From Thermoplasmata archaeon (lineage in GTDB: Archaea; Thermoplasmatota; Thermoplasmata; Lutacidiplasmatales; UBA184), in assembly GCA_027314915.1 (NCBI GenBank), contig DAHUZZ010000005.1, positions 25,713-89,712 on the forward strand: a stretch of DNA of 64,000 nucleotides. The letters are read 5' to 3'. The notes beneath the pieces were generated by a model that saw only the letters and a list, made by a program, of their open reading frames with translations, was not told where the DNA came from and ran no database searches. The position numbers and the translations under genes are program-made. Within the stretch, counting starts at the first letter, position 1. Every line of letters begins with the position of its first letter. Of the stretch, positions 29,627-40,542 are shown in pieces.

Positions 29627-31648
29627 ATGGCACCCGCGAAGAGCCTCGCCCAGCAGCTGGGCGAGAAGCAGCGGGAGATCTCCGTGGCGGAGTTCTTCGA
29701 GCGGAACCGCCAGATCCTGGGCTTCGACAACCCCGCCCGGGCGCTCCTCACCAGCGTGAAGGAGGCGATCGACAACTCCCTGGATGCCTGCGAGGAGGCC
29801 GGCCTCCTCCCGGAGCTCAGCGTCGAGGTCCATAAGGACGGGGCCGACCGGTACCGCGTGATCGTCGAGGACAACGGTCCGGGGATCGTCCGCAAGCAGA
29901 TCCCGAACGTCTTCGCGCGGCTGCTCTACGGCTCGCGCTTCCACGCGAACCGGCAGTCCCGGGGCCAGCAGGGGATCGGGATCTCGGCCGCGGTCCTCTA
30001 CGCCGCGCTCACCACCGCGCGACCGGCGAAGATCACCTCCAAGGTCGAGGAGGAGGAGGCCGCCCACGTCGTGGAGCTGTTCATCGACACCCAGAAGAAC
30101 CTTCCCCGGATCGTCCGGGAGGACGTCGTCCTCTGGGACCGCCCCCACGGCATCAGGGTCGAGCTCGCGCTGAAGGCGAAGTACCAGCGGGGTCGCCAAT
30201 CGCCCTACGAGTACCTCAAGGACACGGCGATCGTGAACCCCCACGCCCGGATCGTGCTCACCGAGCCGGACGGCACCCGGGTCACCTGGGAGCGGGCCGC
30301 CACGGAGATGCCCCCCGTGCCGAAGGAGGTGCTCCCGCACCCCTACGGCCTCGAGCTCGGCGAACTCTCCTCCCGTCTCAAGGCCTCCTCGCGCCCGACG
30401 GTCTCCGACGTCCTGCTCCACGAGTTCGCGGGGGTGACCCCCCGGGCGCTCAAGGAGATCCTGGCGGCCGCCCGGATCGCCCCGAAGACCGCGCCGGGCT
30501 CGATCCACGGGGAAGAGCTCGAGCAGCTCCTCTCGGCCCTCCACGCGGCCCCGCTGCTCCCGCCGAGCGCCGAGGCGCTCTCGCCGATCGGACCTCTCCT
30601 CATCAAGCGGGGGCTGCGGAACGTGCTGGGCGAGGTCCGCCCGGAGTTCTTCGCGCCACCGGTGAGCCGGCCCCCGAAGATCCGGGGCGGCTTCCCCTTC
30701 CTGGTCGAGGTCGGGCTCGTCTACGGGGGCGGGCTCCCCCTCGACCAACCCGTGCAGCTTTTGCGGTTCGCGAACCGCGTGCCGCTCCTCTTCCAGCAGG
30801 GTGCCTGCGCCATCACCACGGCCGTCGGGGGGATGGATTGGCGCCGCTACGGGCTCGATCAGAAGGGCGGCGCCGGGATCCCGACGGGGCCGTGCGTCAT
30901 CCTGGTGCACCTGGCCTCGACCAAGATCCCGTTCACGAGCGAGGCGAAGGAGGCCATCGCCGAGGACGAGGAGATCGACCGGGAGGTCACCCTCGCCCTC
31001 CAGGCCGCCGCGCGGCACCTGAGGATCCACCTCTCGCGCCGGACGCGCCGGGAGCTCGCGGGGGAGAAGTTCGACGTGATCCTGAAGATCCTGCCCCGGC
31101 TGGCCGCCAAGACGAGCGCGCTCGTCGGGAAGCCGGTGCCGGACCTCACCCCGGTCATCACCCGGATCATGGACGTCGTCTACGTCGATCCCCAGCCGGT
31201 CGCGACCGAGGAGAAGAAGCCCGCGACGAGCCGGTTCACGATCGACGTCACGAACTACACCCCGCGCCCCCGGGTCCTCGAGCTCTTCCTCGAGATGCCC
31301 CCCGCCGAGTTCCCTCCGTCCAGGGTGCTCCCCGCGCCGGACGGGGTCGAGGCGCCGCTCGGGCGCGCGTGGTGGACGCTCCCCCGGCTCGAGCCGAGCG
31401 GGCGGACCCGGATCGAGCTCGACTTCCCGAGCGCGACCGAGGTGGACCTCGACGATCTCGACCTCTACGTCGCCGGCGTCGACGAGTCGCACCTGCTCGG
31501 CGCCGACCCCCTGCCCGGCGACTGGGAGGTCCGGCTCCCGCGCGCCATCGTGGAGGCCGCGGAGGCGGCCGCGGCGGCCGAGACGGCGGACGAAGCGGAG
31601 GTGGATTACGATGGCACCGAAACGAGCAGCCCCCTCGACGAAGAGTGA
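29627..31648 (+). CDS. top6B: DNA topoisomerase VI subunit B
   Basis: [57 protein letters not shown]. Confidence 0.97.
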   Translation: MAPAKSLAQQLGEKQREISVAEFFERNRQILGFDNPARALLTSVKEAIDNSLDACEEAGLLPELSVEVHKDGADRYRVIVEDNGPGIVRKQIPNVFARLLYGSRFHANRQSRGQQGIGISAAVLYAALTTARPAKITSKVEEEEAAHVVELFIDTQKNLPRIVREDVVLWDRPHGIRVELALKAKYQRGRQSPYEYLKDTAIVNPHARIVLTEPDGTRVTWERAATEMPPVPKEVLPHPYGLELGELSSRLKASSRPTVSDVLLHEFAGVTPRALKEILAAARIAPKTAPGSIHGEELEQLLSALHAAPLLPPSAEALSPIGPLLIKRGLRNVLGEVRPEFFAPPVSRPPKIRGGFPFLVEVGLVYGGGLPLDQPVQLLRFANRVPLLFQQGACAITTAVGGMDWRRYGLDQKGGAGIPTGPCVILVHLASTKIPFTSEAKEAIAEDEEIDREVTLALQAAARHLRIHLSRRTRRELAGEKFDVILKILPRLAAKTSALVGKPVPDLTPVITRIMDVVYVDPQPVATEEKKPATSRFTIDVTNYTPRPRVLELFLEMPPAEFPPSRVLPAPDGVEAPLGRAWWTLPRLEPSGRTRIELDFPSATEVDLDDLDLYVAGVDESHLLGADPLPGDWEVRLPRAIVEAAEAAAAAETADEAEVDYDGTETSSPLDEE

Positions 31649-32738
31649 GGACGCGATCGCGGCCGAGGCGCTCCGGCCGACGCTCGACCTCGCCCGGGAC
31701 GTCTACCGGCAGCTCGCCGACGGCGAGATCCCCCGGATGCGGCTCCCGCTCCGGACGAAGCAGAACATCTCCTTCCAGATGCGGGACGGCGTCTGGAGGC
31801 TCGGCCGCCAGATGGGGACCCGGAGCGCGCGGAAGAAGGACGGCGCGCTCATGCTGCTCCGGACCTTCTACCTGGTCGACTTCATCAACGAGATGGCCCG
31901 CGAGCGGAAGACCTCCACGCTCCGGGAGCTCTACTACATCAGCGAGGGCTGGGAGGAAGGGAAGTTCCACAGCGAGGACGAGTCGAACCTCCTCGTGGAG
32001 GACCTCGAGGTCCTGTGCGAGCGGCTCCGGGAGGACTTCCGCCTGCACCCGGAGGAGAACGGCGCCTCGGTGATCGGCGACCTCACCCTTCGGGAGCGGA
32101 ACCGGAAGGGGCAGGTGAAGAAGATCAACTGCCGCGACGATGTCGGGGACGGCGGCTACGCGCTCCCCTTCAACGTCGAAAAGGAGAAGATCGAGCTCCT
32201 CTCGACGGGGGCGAAGTTCATCGTCGCCGTGGAGTGCGGCGGGATGGTCGACCGGCTCGCCGAGAACGGCTTCGACGAGGAGCACGACGCGCTGCTCGTG
32301 CACCTCAAGGGCCAGCCGGCGCGATCGACCCGGCGGTTCCTCAAGCGGCTCAACGCGGAGCTCAAGCTGCCGGTCATCGTCTTCACCGACGGCGATCCCT
32401 GGTCGTTCCGGATCTTCGCCTCGGTCGCCTACGGGGCCATCAAGACGGCGCACATCTCCCAGTACCTCGCGACCCCGTCGGCCGAGTTCCTGGGCGTCAC
32501 CCCCTCCGACATCGAGAACTACAAGCTCCCGAGCGACCAGCTCTCCGACCAGGACATCCGGGCGCTCCAGGCGGAGCTCACCGACCCCCGGTTCAAGACC
32601 GCCGAATGGCGGAGCGAGATCGAGCTCATGCTCAAGAACGGGAAGAAGGCCGAGCAGCAGTCGCTCGCCAAGTACGGCCTCAACTACGTGACCGAGACCT
32701 ACCTCCCCGAGAAGCTCGGCGAGATGAACGTGATCTAG
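31611..32738 (+). CDS. top6A: DNA topoisomerase VI subunit A
   Basis: STLRELYY (catalytic Tyr), [16 protein letters not shown] Toprim, KAEQQ, YLPEKL. Confidence 0.97.
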   Translation: MAPKRAAPSTKSEDAIAAEALRPTLDLARDVYRQLADGEIPRMRLPLRTKQNISFQMRDGVWRLGRQMGTRSARKKDGALMLLRTFYLVDFINEMARERKTSTLRELYYISEGWEEGKFHSEDESNLLVEDLEVLCERLREDFRLHPEENGASVIGDLTLRERNRKGQVKKINCRDDVGDGGYALPFNVEKEKIELLSTGAKFIVAVECGGMVDRLAENGFDEEHDALLVHLKGQPARSTRRFLKRLNAELKLPVIVFTDGDPWSFRIFASVAYGAIKTAHISQYLATPSAEFLGVTPSDIENYKLPSDQLSDQDIRALQAELTDPRFKTAEWRSEIELMLKNGKKAEQQSLAKYGLNYVTETYLPEKLGEMNVI

Positions 32739-32754
32739 TGCCCGTCCGCGCGGC

Positions 32755-33165
32755 TCACGGCGGCGGGTCGGCGGGCGGCATCGTCCCGATCCCGACCCAC
32801 AGCGAGTCCGCCCAGTAGTCCACGGTCTCGGGGATCCCCCGGAGGCTCACGACCCGGCCGCCCCCCCGGCGGACGGTGTCGAGCTCGTCCCGGAGACGGT
32901 CGGGGGGCTCCGCACACCGTCGGGCGAGCTCCTGACGGAGCTGCCGCTCGAGCCCGCGATCGAGCCACCGGGCGGGGTGGCGCACGGCCAGGCGATAGTG
33001 GGACCCGCCGTCGAGCTGGTCGACCCGGAAGATCCTCCACTCGAGGGGCTCGTTCCGCTCGGCGGCGACCGTCGCGGCGGCGAGGTTCCCGGCCGCCTCC
33101 GCGACCGGGTCCAGCTGGAGCGGATCGCCCTCGAGACGGAAGGCGACGTCCGGTCCCTGCGTCAT
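32755..33165 (-). CDS. Hypothetical protein
   Basis: ATG ORF filling the gap with plausible composition; no motif recognised. Confidence 0.6.
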   Translation of the reverse strand: MTQGPDVAFRLEGDPLQLDPVAEAAGNLAAATVAAERNEPLEWRIFRVDQLDGGSHYRLAVRHPARWLDRGLERQLRQELARRCAEPPDRLRDELDTVRRGGGRVVSLRGIPETVDYWADSLWVGIGTMPPADPPP

Positions 33166-33188
33166 GGGCCCCCCTCCGCCGCGCCCCG

Positions 33189-33611
33189 CTACCCCAGCGA
33201 CCCGGTGAGGAGCGGGCGGATCGAGGGGGCGAGCAGCGACGGGGCGCGCGCCGCGGGCACGTAGAGGACCCCGTCCTCCCCGACCCGGGTGCGGACCCAG
33301 GGGATCCCCTGCTCCACGAACCGCTCGGCGTCGGCCGCGCTCTCGAGGGCGACCCCCGTGCTCCGAGGTCCCGGGTGCGCGCCGTCCTCGCCGAGCACGA
33401 GCTCGTCGACCGCTTCATCGTAGAGCAGCCAGCCGGTCGGCACCGCCACCCGGAGCTTGACCAGGTTGGGCCGCAGCTTCGCCTCGCTCTCCGTCTCGGT
33501 CCGGGCGAAGACCGTGTAGGGTTCCCCTTCGACCTCGGCGGCGTGGTCGAAGGCGAAGCTCTTCGACCGGAACGACAGGAGGTTCATCGAGATCGTATCG
33601 GCCTCGAGCAC
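33189..33611 (-). CDS. Hypothetical protein
   Basis: Plausible ORF; TTAAAG box at ~33634-33639 on the minus strand. Confidence 0.65.
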   Translation of the reverse strand: MLEADTISMNLLSFRSKSFAFDHAAEVEGEPYTVFARTETESEAKLRPNLVKLRVAVPTGWLLYDEAVDELVLGEDGAHPGPRSTGVALESAADAERFVEQGIPWVRTRVGEDGVLYVPAARAPSLLAPSIRPLLTGSLG

Positions 33612-33682
33612 GCGGGGGCCATCCGCCCTCCCGCTTTAAGGCGAGTTCCGGGGACGCCCGCCGACCCCACGCGCCGGCGCCC

Positions 33683-35755
33683 CTACCTCGAGAGCGAGAC
33701 GAGCCGCAGGGAGAGGGAGTTGAGGACCACCGAGGTCGAGGAGAGCGCCATGGCGAGCGCTCCCGTGATGGGGAGCACGCTGTAGATGCCGAGGCCGAAG
33801 ACCGGCACGAGCGCGCCCGCGGCCACGGGCAGCAGGACGGCGTTGTACCCCAGGGCCCACTCGAGGTTGCCGCGGACCTTCCCGACGGTCCGCCGTCCCA
33901 GCCGGAGCGCCAGCGCGACCCCCCGGAAGTCCGAGCGGACGAGGATCACGCCCCCCGCCTCCTTCGCGACGTCGGTCCCCGCCCCGATGGCGATCCCCAG
34001 GTCCGCGGCCGCGAGCGCCGGGGCATCGTTGATGCCGTCGCCGACGTAGGCCACGTGTTTCCCCCGGGCGCGGTACTCCCGGAGGAGCGCGAGCTTCCCC
34101 TCGGGCCGGACCCCGGCATGCACCTCCGTGATGCCGACCTGGCGCGCGATGTGACGGGCCGCCGCTTCGTGGTCGCCCGTGACCATCACCACGGAGATGC
34201 CGTCGCGCGCCAGGGTGGCCACCGCCTCCCGGACCCCGGGCGCCACCACGTCCGAGAATCCCAGGAGGCCGAGCGGGCGGCCCTCCTCGAGGACCACCGA
34301 CCAGGTCTTGCCCTCCGACGCGACCCGTTCCGCCTCCTTCCCGAGCCCCCCGAGCTCGAGGTGCTCCTCCCGGGCCGAGGCGCCTCGCAGGATGGAGACC
34401 GTCCGGCCCCCCCGCACCCCCGTGATCCCCCGCCCCGCGTCCGCCGAGATGCCCGAGATCGGCTCCGGGGCGACCCCCTCCTGCCGGGCGAGGGCGACGA
34501 CGGCCCGGGCGAGCGGGTGCTCCGACCCCCCCTCGAGGCCCGCGGCCACCGCGAGGAGACGGCGCCGGTCTTCGCCCGCCACGGGGAGCAGGTCGGTCAG
34601 CGTCGGCGCGCCCCGGGTCAGCGTCCCGGTCTTGTCGGAGAGGACCACGTCGACCCGGCTCGCCCGCTCGAGGGAATCGCGGCCCTTGAACAGGATCCCC
34701 TCCTCCGCGGCCCGGCCCGTCCCGACCACGATGGCGGCCGGCGTGGCGATCCCGAAGGCGCAGGGGCAGGCCGTGATGGCGATGGACACGAAGACGAGGA
34801 GCGCCACGGTGAGACCCACCCCGTCGAGCAGCCAGGCGATCGAGGCCAGCGTGGCGAGGAGGAGCACGAGCGGGACGAAGACGGAGGCGATGCGGTCCGC
34901 GAGCTGCTGGAGCGGCACCCGGCTCGTCTCCGCCTCGGCCACCAGCTGCCCGATCTGGGCGAGCACGGTGTCCTCGCCGACCTTCGTGGCCTCGACGGTC
35001 AGCAACCCCTCGCCGTTGATCGCCCCGGCGATCACCGGGTCGCCGGGTCCCTTGTCGACCGGAAGGCTCTCACCGGTGAGCAGCGACTCGTCGACCGCGG
35101 ACCGGCCCTCGACGATGACGCCGTCGGTGGGAAAGCGACCCCCGGGCCGCACCCGGAACCGTTCCTTCGCCTGGACCTCGGCGACCGGCACCTCGACCTC
35201 CGCGCCCCCCCGCAGGACGAGGGCGGTCGTGGGCAGGAGCTCCTTGAGCCTCCTCAGGGAACCCCGCGCCCGTTCGCGGGTGAGATGCTCGAGGTAGTTG
35301 CCCGTCAGGATCAGCGTGACGATCAGCGAGGACGCATCGAAGTAGTACGCCGGCGGCAGCCGGCTCGGGAAGAACACCACCGCCGCACTGTAGAGGAAGG
35401 CGACGGTCGTCCCCACCGCGATGAGGACGTCCATGTTCCAGACCCGGCTCCGGATCGCGTCGACCGTTCCCCGGTAGAACTGCAGCCCCGGGTAGAACTG
35501 GACCACCGCGGCGAGGGCGAACGCGGCGTACGGCCAGTCGTGGAACGGCCCGAGGTACGTGAGCGCGATCACGGCCGCGGAGAGCGGCCAGGCGACCGCG
35601 AGCCGGCGCCTCAGCCGTGCGAGCTGCCGGGCGGGGGCCGAGAACTCCTCGAGGCACCCGGAGGCGCAGAAGTAGTAGGTCCGGTTGTCCCGGACGAGCG
35701 TGAGCTCCGCGGTCCGCTCCTCGACGAACATCCCGCAGACGGGGTCGGTCGCCAT
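33683..35755 (-). CDS. copA: Cu(I)-translocating P1B-type ATPase with N-terminal YHS/TRASH domain
   Basis: DPVCGM..YFCASGC, TGES, CPC, DKTGT, SEHP, GDGIND, YN, MALSS. Confidence 0.95.
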   Translation of the reverse strand: MATDPVCGMFVEERTAELTLVRDNRTYYFCASGCLEEFSAPARQLARLRRRLAVAWPLSAAVIALTYLGPFHDWPYAAFALAAVVQFYPGLQFYRGTVDAIRSRVWNMDVLIAVGTTVAFLYSAAVVFFPSRLPPAYYFDASSLIVTLILTGNYLEHLTRERARGSLRRLKELLPTTALVLRGGAEVEVPVAEVQAKERFRVRPGGRFPTDGVIVEGRSAVDESLLTGESLPVDKGPGDPVIAGAINGEGLLTVEATKVGEDTVLAQIGQLVAEAETSRVPLQQLADRIASVFVPLVLLLATLASIAWLLDGVGLTVALLVFVSIAITACPCAFGIATPAAIVVGTGRAAEEGILFKGRDSLERASRVDVVLSDKTGTLTRGAPTLTDLLPVAGEDRRRLLAVAAGLEGGSEHPLARAVVALARQEGVAPEPISGISADAGRGITGVRGGRTVSILRGASAREEHLELGGLGKEAERVASEGKTWSVVLEEGRPLGLLGFSDVVAPGVREAVATLARDGISVVMVTGDHEAAARHIARQVGITEVHAGVRPEGKLALLREYRARGKHVAYVGDGINDAPALAAADLGIAIGAGTDVAKEAGGVILVRSDFRGVALALRLGRRTVGKVRGNLEWALGYNAVLLPVAAGALVPVFGLGIYSVLPITGALAMALSSTSVVLNSLSLRLVSLSR

Positions 35756-35782
35756 CGGCTCCCCTCCCCCGCGGGAACGGGA

Positions 35783-35926
35783 CTACTTCGCCCTGCGACG
35801 GGCCTCGAAGGTCCTCTGGCAACCGGGGTTGCAGAAGTAGACCGTCTCCCCGTCGTACGTTCCCTTCGCCGGCGCCTTCTCGGTGTCGACCGTCATCCCG
35901 CAGACCGGGTCCTTCGCCTTCGCCAT
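35783..35926 (-). CDS. YHS/TRASH metallochaperone (47 aa)
   Basis: Manual translation MAKAKDPVCGMTVDTEKAPAKGTYDGETVYFCNPGCQRTFEARRRAK; below the ORF-track cutoff. Confidence 0.9.
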   Translation of the reverse strand: MAKAKDPVCGMTVDTEKAPAKGTYDGETVYFCNPGCQRTFEARRRAK

Positions 35927-35944
35927 GCTAATGCCCTCGGACCG

Positions 35945-35963
35945 AATATCAGATTAGGATATT
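35945..35963. promoter_or_regulatory. Palindromic operator candidate AATATC-N7-GATATT
   Basis: Perfect 6-bp inverted repeat in the AT-rich divergent promoter between the chaperone/copA and CGNR genes. Confidence 0.5.
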
Positions 35964-36000
35964 TACCCTCTTCGTCTTCGGGAGGGCGAAGGAAGCGGCC

Positions 36001-36573
36001 ATGCACCGTCCCACACCGTCGGGGGGACCCTCCCTTCCGGTCGCGTTCGCGAACACCGTCCGCTGCGACGCCTGCCGCTCGGACGATGCGCTGGCGACCC
36101 CGCGCCGCTACCGGGCGTGGGCCCGCCGGGTCGGCGGCGAGCTGCCGGAGCGGATCCCCGCCGACGACCTCGCGGCACTGCGACGGCTCCGGAGCGCGGT
36201 CACCGCCCTGCTCCGGTCCGCGATCGAACGTTCGGCCCCGCCCCGTTCCGCGCTGGACCGGCTCCGGGCGGCGGGGCGCGCGACGGTCCCCCGCCCCGTC
36301 CTCGCGTGGTCGGGGGCCGGCTGGGTCGTTCGGGAGGCCGTCCCGGACGTGCCTTCGCGGCGGCGCGTCGGGGAGATGCTGCAGGAGGCGACCACCTCCC
36401 TGCTGACCGGACCGCACCGGGAACAGCTCCGGGCCTGCGAGGGGAAGGGGTGCGCCCACTTCCTCCTCGCCCGCACCCGGGGCCAGCGCTGGTGCTCGGC
36501 GACCGGGTGCGGGAACCGGGCCCGCGTGGCCCGTCACTACGAGCGCGCCAAGCGGCGTCGTCCGGACCGATAG
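36001..36573 (+). CDS. CGNR zinc-finger / ABATE (DUF1470) protein
   Basis: AFANT, CEGKGC...RWCSATGCGNRARVARHY. Confidence 0.9.
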   Translation: MHRPTPSGGPSLPVAFANTVRCDACRSDDALATPRRYRAWARRVGGELPERIPADDLAALRRLRSAVTALLRSAIERSAPPRSALDRLRAAGRATVPRPVLAWSGAGWVVREAVPDVPSRRRVGEMLQEATTSLLTGPHREQLRACEGKGCAHFLLARTRGQRWCSATGCGNRARVARHYERAKRRRPDR

Positions 36574-36664
36574 CCGGTCGCGCCCGGGGGCCCGGGGGGC
36601 CGACCCGGGGCCCCGACGGAACCCCGTTCCGCCGTCGACGGCGGGCAGCCCCGCCGGCCAATCA

Positions 36665-36672
36665 TTATAAAC
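36665..36672 (+). promoter_or_regulatory. TATA box for eS32/eL41
   Basis: ATTATAAA about 40 nt upstream of the ATG; GGTG SD-like sequence before the start. Confidence 0.7.
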
Positions 36673-36710
36673 GACCGCCGCTAGGCCGCCGCCACGTCGG
36701 AAGCGGTGGG

Positions 36711-36818
36711 ATGAAACGCTCCTCTCGGGTCTGGAAGAAGCGCGGCCATATGCGCTGGAAGTGGCGCAAGAAGCGGATGCGCCGGCGCATGCGGGCGCAG
36801 AAGATGCGCCACCAGTAG
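36711..36818 (+). CDS. rpl41e: Ribosomal protein eS32 (formerly eL41/L41e), 35 aa
   Basis: MKRSSRVWKKRGHMRWKWRKKRMRRRMRAQKMRHQ contains the MRxKWRKKRMRR core. Confidence 0.88.
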   Translation: MKRSSRVWKKRGHMRWKWRKKRMRRRMRAQKMRHQ

Positions 36819-36873
36819 GGTGCTGGGGGGGACGACCCGGGACCCCGGGCGCGCGCGGTCGGATCGGCGGGGC

Positions 36874-37101
36874 TTACCAGCCCAGCCGGTCGAGCGTGCG
36901 ATCGTCCCGGGTCGCCTTCTTGTACTGCTTGTAGTGGGCGCGGCAGAGGGCGGCGCGCCGACCCTCCTCCGGGAGGTCGGGGAACGCCTTGCGCACCTCC
37001 GAGCGGGCCAGCGAGCGCACGGCCCCCTCGGGGCAGCCGGCGATGTCGCACGCCGCCTCGCTCTCCGCCCCGCGCCGGCGGGGGGAGATCGCCCCGCTCA
37101 T
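36874..37101 (-). CDS. Small archaeal C3H zinc-finger-like protein
   Basis: CDIAGC...[11 protein letters not shown]; start overlaps the sucD stop. Confidence 0.75.
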   Translation of the reverse strand: MSGAISPRRRGAESEAACDIAGCPEGAVRSLARSEVRKAFPDLPEEGRRAALCRAHYKQYKKATRDDRTLDRLGW

Positions 37102-37982
37102 CGCCGGCCGTGCTCCTGGAGCAGCTGGGCGACCAGGCCCGGGATCTCGTAGGGGAACTGCGCGACCCGGACCCCCGCCCCTTCGAGGGCGCGGACCTTG
37201 CTCTCGGCGGTGCCACGTCCCCGGGCGATGATGGCCCCCGCATGGCCCATCCGCTTCCCGGGCGGGGCCGACCGGCCGGCGATGTAGGCGACCACCGGCT
37301 TGTCCAGGTGGTGGTGGAGGTACTCCGCCGCCTCCTCCTCGGCCGTGCCGCCGATCTCGCCCACCATGACGATGACGTCCGTGTCGGGGTCCTCCTCGAA
37401 CCAGGGCAGGGCGTCCACGAAGCTCGTGCCCACGACCGGGTCCCCGCCCAGGCCGATGCAGGTGCTCTGGCCGAGCCCCACGTCCTTGATGCCGCTCACG
37501 ATCTCGTAGGTGAGCGTCCCGCTGCGCGAGACCACGCCGACCCGGCCCGGCCGGAAGACCACGTTCGGGATGATCCCGACCTTGGCCTTGCCGGGGGCCG
37601 CGATCCCGGGGCAGTTCGGCCCGATGATCCGGGCCCCCCGGAGGCGGGCGTAGTGGTACATCGTGAGCATGTCGTGGAACGGGATGTGCTCGGTCACGAC
37701 CACGGCGAGCCGGATCCCGGCGTCGACCGCCTCGAGGAAGGCATCGCGGGCGAACGGGGCCGGCACGAAGATGCAGCTCGCATTGGCCCCGGTCGTCGCG
37801 ACCGCCTCTTCCACGGAGTCGAAGACCGGCACGCCGTCCACCGTCTGGCCGCCCTTCCCGGGGGTGGTGCCGGCCACCACCTTCGATCCGAACGCCTTCA
37901 TCTGGACCGTGTGGACCGTGCCCTGGTGGCCGGTGATCCCCTGGACCAGCACCCGGGTGTCGCCGTCGACGAGCACGCTCAT
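37098..37982 (-). CDS. sucD: Succinyl-CoA synthetase alpha subunit
   Basis: [33 protein letters not shown]. Confidence 0.97.
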   Translation of the reverse strand: MSVLVDGDTRVLVQGITGHQGTVHTVQMKAFGSKVVAGTTPGKGGQTVDGVPVFDSVEEAVATTGANASCIFVPAPFARDAFLEAVDAGIRLAVVVTEHIPFHDMLTMYHYARLRGARIIGPNCPGIAAPGKAKVGIIPNVVFRPGRVGVVSRSGTLTYEIVSGIKDVGLGQSTCIGLGGDPVVGTSFVDALPWFEEDPDTDVIVMVGEIGGTAEEEAAEYLHHHLDKPVVAYIAGRSAPPGKRMGHAGAIIARGRGTAESKVRALEGAGVRVAQFPYEIPGLVAQLLQEHGRR

Positions 37983-39112
37983 GGCCGCCCTCCGGCCGAG
38001 GCCACCGCGGCCCGGGCCGACTCCTCGAGCTCCCGGAGCGAGATCACGCCGGCCGAGCGGAGGATCGCGATCCCCTCCGTCTCGTTGTTGCCCCGGATGC
38101 GGGCGACGAGCGGGAACCGCTCGCCCTCGGGCACCTGCTTCATCGCGTCGACGAGCCCCCGGGCCACGGTGTCGCAGCGCGTGACCCCGCCGAAGATGTT
38201 GAGGAAGACCGAGGCGGGCTTCGCCCGGGCCATGAGGAGGAACGCCTGCGTCACCTTCGAGGGGTCGTCGGTCCCGCCCAGGTCGAGGAAGACGCCGGGT
38301 CGGCCGCCGAACTTCTGCAGCACGTCGAGCGTCGCCATGGTCAGCCCGGCGCCGTTCGCGATGACCCCGATGTTGCCGTCGAGCTGGACGAAGGCGATCC
38401 CCTCCTCGCGGGCGACCTCCTCGAGCGGGGTGCGGTCGTCCCGGATGTCGGCGTACTCCGGGTGCCGGAACGTCGCGTCGTCCTCGACGATGACCTTCGC
38501 ATCCAGCGCCACCAGCCCGTCGCCCACCAGGGCGAGCGGATTGATCTCGACGAGCTCGGCGTCCTCCTTCTGGAAGACCCACCAGAGCCGGTCGAGGAGG
38601 CTCTCGAGCGCCTTCGCCGTCGGTCCGGCGACGCCGAGCTGCCGGGCCGCCTTCCGCCGCTCGTAGGCCGCGAGGCCGATGAAGGGATGGATCGGCAGGC
38701 GGAGGATCGCCTCCTCCGCGACGTTCTCGATCTCGACCCCGCCCTGCGCGCTCACCATGAGGAGCGGCAACCGGGCGCTGCGGTCGAGCGTGAGCGAGAC
38801 GTAGAACTCCTTGGCGATGGGGAGCTTCTCCTCGAGGAGGACCTCGCGGACCGTCTCGCCCTTGAACTCGGTGCCCAGGATCGCCCGGGCGGCGGCCTCG
38901 GCCTCCGCCGGCGAGTTCGCGAACCGGACGGCGCCCCCCTTGCCCCGGCCGCCCGCCAGGACCTGGGCCTTCACCACGCAGGGCAGCGGGACGTCCCCCG
39001 ACTCCGCCGCGGCCCGCGCCTCTTCCGGGCTGCGGATGACGCGGCCGCGGGGCAGCGGAATGCCGTTCTTCCGGAAGATCTCCTTCCCCCGCCATTCGGC
39101 GAGCTTGACCAT
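37979..39112 (-). CDS. sucC: Succinyl-CoA synthetase beta subunit
   Basis: [38 protein letters not shown]. Confidence 0.97.
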   Translation of the reverse strand: MVKLAEWRGKEIFRKNGIPLPRGRVIRSPEEARAAAESGDVPLPCVVKAQVLAGGRGKGGAVRFANSPAEAEAAARAILGTEFKGETVREVLLEEKLPIAKEFYVSLTLDRSARLPLLMVSAQGGVEIENVAEEAILRLPIHPFIGLAAYERRKAARQLGVAGPTAKALESLLDRLWWVFQKEDAELVEINPLALVGDGLVALDAKVIVEDDATFRHPEYADIRDDRTPLEEVAREEGIAFVQLDGNIGVIANGAGLTMATLDVLQKFGGRPGVFLDLGGTDDPSKVTQAFLLMARAKPASVFLNIFGGVTRCDTVARGLVDAMKQVPEGERFPLVARIRGNNETEGIAILRSAGVISLRELEESARAAVASAGGRP

Positions 39113-39175
39113 CGATATCCCCTCGACCGCGTGCGAGAAGCGCCCGCTAATAAGGGACGCGGCGCGGCGGGACGG

Positions 39176-40480
39176 CTAGGGGGAGCCGCGGGACCTCGGG
39201 GGGGTCCGGGCGGGGTCCGGAGCGGGCCCCGGTCCCGGGTCCGGGCCCGAGGCGCCCGGAAGCCCATCGCCCACCCGGTCGAGGAGCTGGGCGGCCACCT
39301 CGCGCTTCGTCCCGGAGAAACTCCGCGCGGGCCCGCGTCCCACGAGCAGGACCTCCGCGTCCGGCGCGCCCATGTTCTTCCGGTCGTTCGCGACCACCCA
39401 GTCGGGGCGCCCCTCCCCGCGGAGCATGCCGCGCGCGATCCGCTCGAGCTCGCGCGGGGAGCGTCCGGCCTCGAGCTTGAAGGCCACCATGACGGTCGGC
39501 CGGGGGGCCGCTGCCCGGAGCTTCGGCAGGATCTTCGGGGCGCGGCGGAGGGTGACGGTCCACTCGGTGCGGTCCTGCGAGGCCACCTTGCCGGCCACCG
39601 GCTCGGTGGTGAAGTCCGACAGCGCCGCCGGGACCCAGATCGCCGCGGTGCCCGGCGGGATGCCGGGTTCGCCGGCGATCCACCGCTCGAGGTCGGCGAC
39701 CCGCTGCCACCGGCGGGCGGAGAGGAACGTGGGGACGGGGACCCGGAGCGCCCCCAGCCAGAGGCTCACCTCGGCGCCGCGGTAGTGCGCTTCCGCGGCG
39801 AGGGCCAGCGCGGTCTCGCCCGAGCTCTCGTTCGTGACCGATCGCACGGCGTCGATCGGCTCCTGGCTCGCCCCGCCGAGGATGAGGACGCGACGGCCCG
39901 CCCACGGTCCGCGGGCGAGCCGGTGGAGGACCGCCGCGGCGACCTCCTCGGGGGTCGCGAGCTTCTCCTCCCCCTCGACCGCCTGGGTCGGGACGAGTCC
40001 CACCCCCCAGCGGGCGAGCCGCTCGAGGTTCTCGCGGACGGCGGGGTTGCGGGCCATGTCCGCGTGCATCGCGGGAGCGAGCAGCACGGGGACGCCCCCG
40101 CCGAGCGCGACCGAGGCGAACGAGGTGACCGGGGTGTCATCGATCCCGTGGGCGATCTTGCCGATGGTGTTGGCGGTGGCCGGCGCGATCAGGAGGAGGT
40201 CCGCGCGGCCCTCGCCCGGTCCCATCAGCGTGACGTGCTCCACGTCGCCGGTGAGCTCGGTCACGGGACGCTCGCCCGCGGCGAAGTGGATCGCCTCCGC
40301 GGTGACGATCCGGGCGGCGTCCGGGCTCATCACCGCCCGCACCTCGGCGCCGTGCCGGATCAGCTCCCGGATGATCCGGGGGACCTCGATCGCCGCGATC
40401 GAGCCGGAGATCGCGACCACGATCCGCCGCCCTGCGAGCAGCTTCGACCGCCCGCCCCGGATCGCGCGGCTCGGATGCAT
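39176..40480 (-). CDS. coaBC: Phosphopantothenoylcysteine decarboxylase/ligase
   Basis: MHPS.., GSIAA, EHV, APATANTIGK, PAMH, EPIDAVR..TN.SSG, AFKLE, VVAN. Confidence 0.95.
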   Translation of the reverse strand: MHPSRAIRGGRSKLLAGRRIVVAISGSIAAIEVPRIIRELIRHGAEVRAVMSPDAARIVTAEAIHFAAGERPVTELTGDVEHVTLMGPGEGRADLLLIAPATANTIGKIAHGIDDTPVTSFASVALGGGVPVLLAPAMHADMARNPAVRENLERLARWGVGLVPTQAVEGEEKLATPEEVAAAVLHRLARGPWAGRRVLILGGASQEPIDAVRSVTNESSGETALALAAEAHYRGAEVSLWLGALRVPVPTFLSARRWQRVADLERWIAGEPGIPPGTAAIWVPAALSDFTTEPVAGKVASQDRTEWTVTLRRAPKILPKLRAAAPRPTVMVAFKLEAGRSPRELERIARGMLRGEGRPDWVVANDRKNMGAPDAEVLLVGRGPARSFSGTKREVAAQLLDRVGDGLPGASGPDPGPGPAPDPARTPPRSRGSP

Positions 40481-40542
40481 CGGCCCCGACGGAGCGGCCA
40501 CCGACGGAAGCGTATTAAGGTGCGGTGCGGGCTGACCGTCGG

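Noticed and set aside
36574-36660. GC-rich inverted repeats after the CGNR gene as a repeat element or ncRNA
   Set aside because: Short, low-complexity GC pairing not seen elsewhere; at most a terminator-like hairpin.
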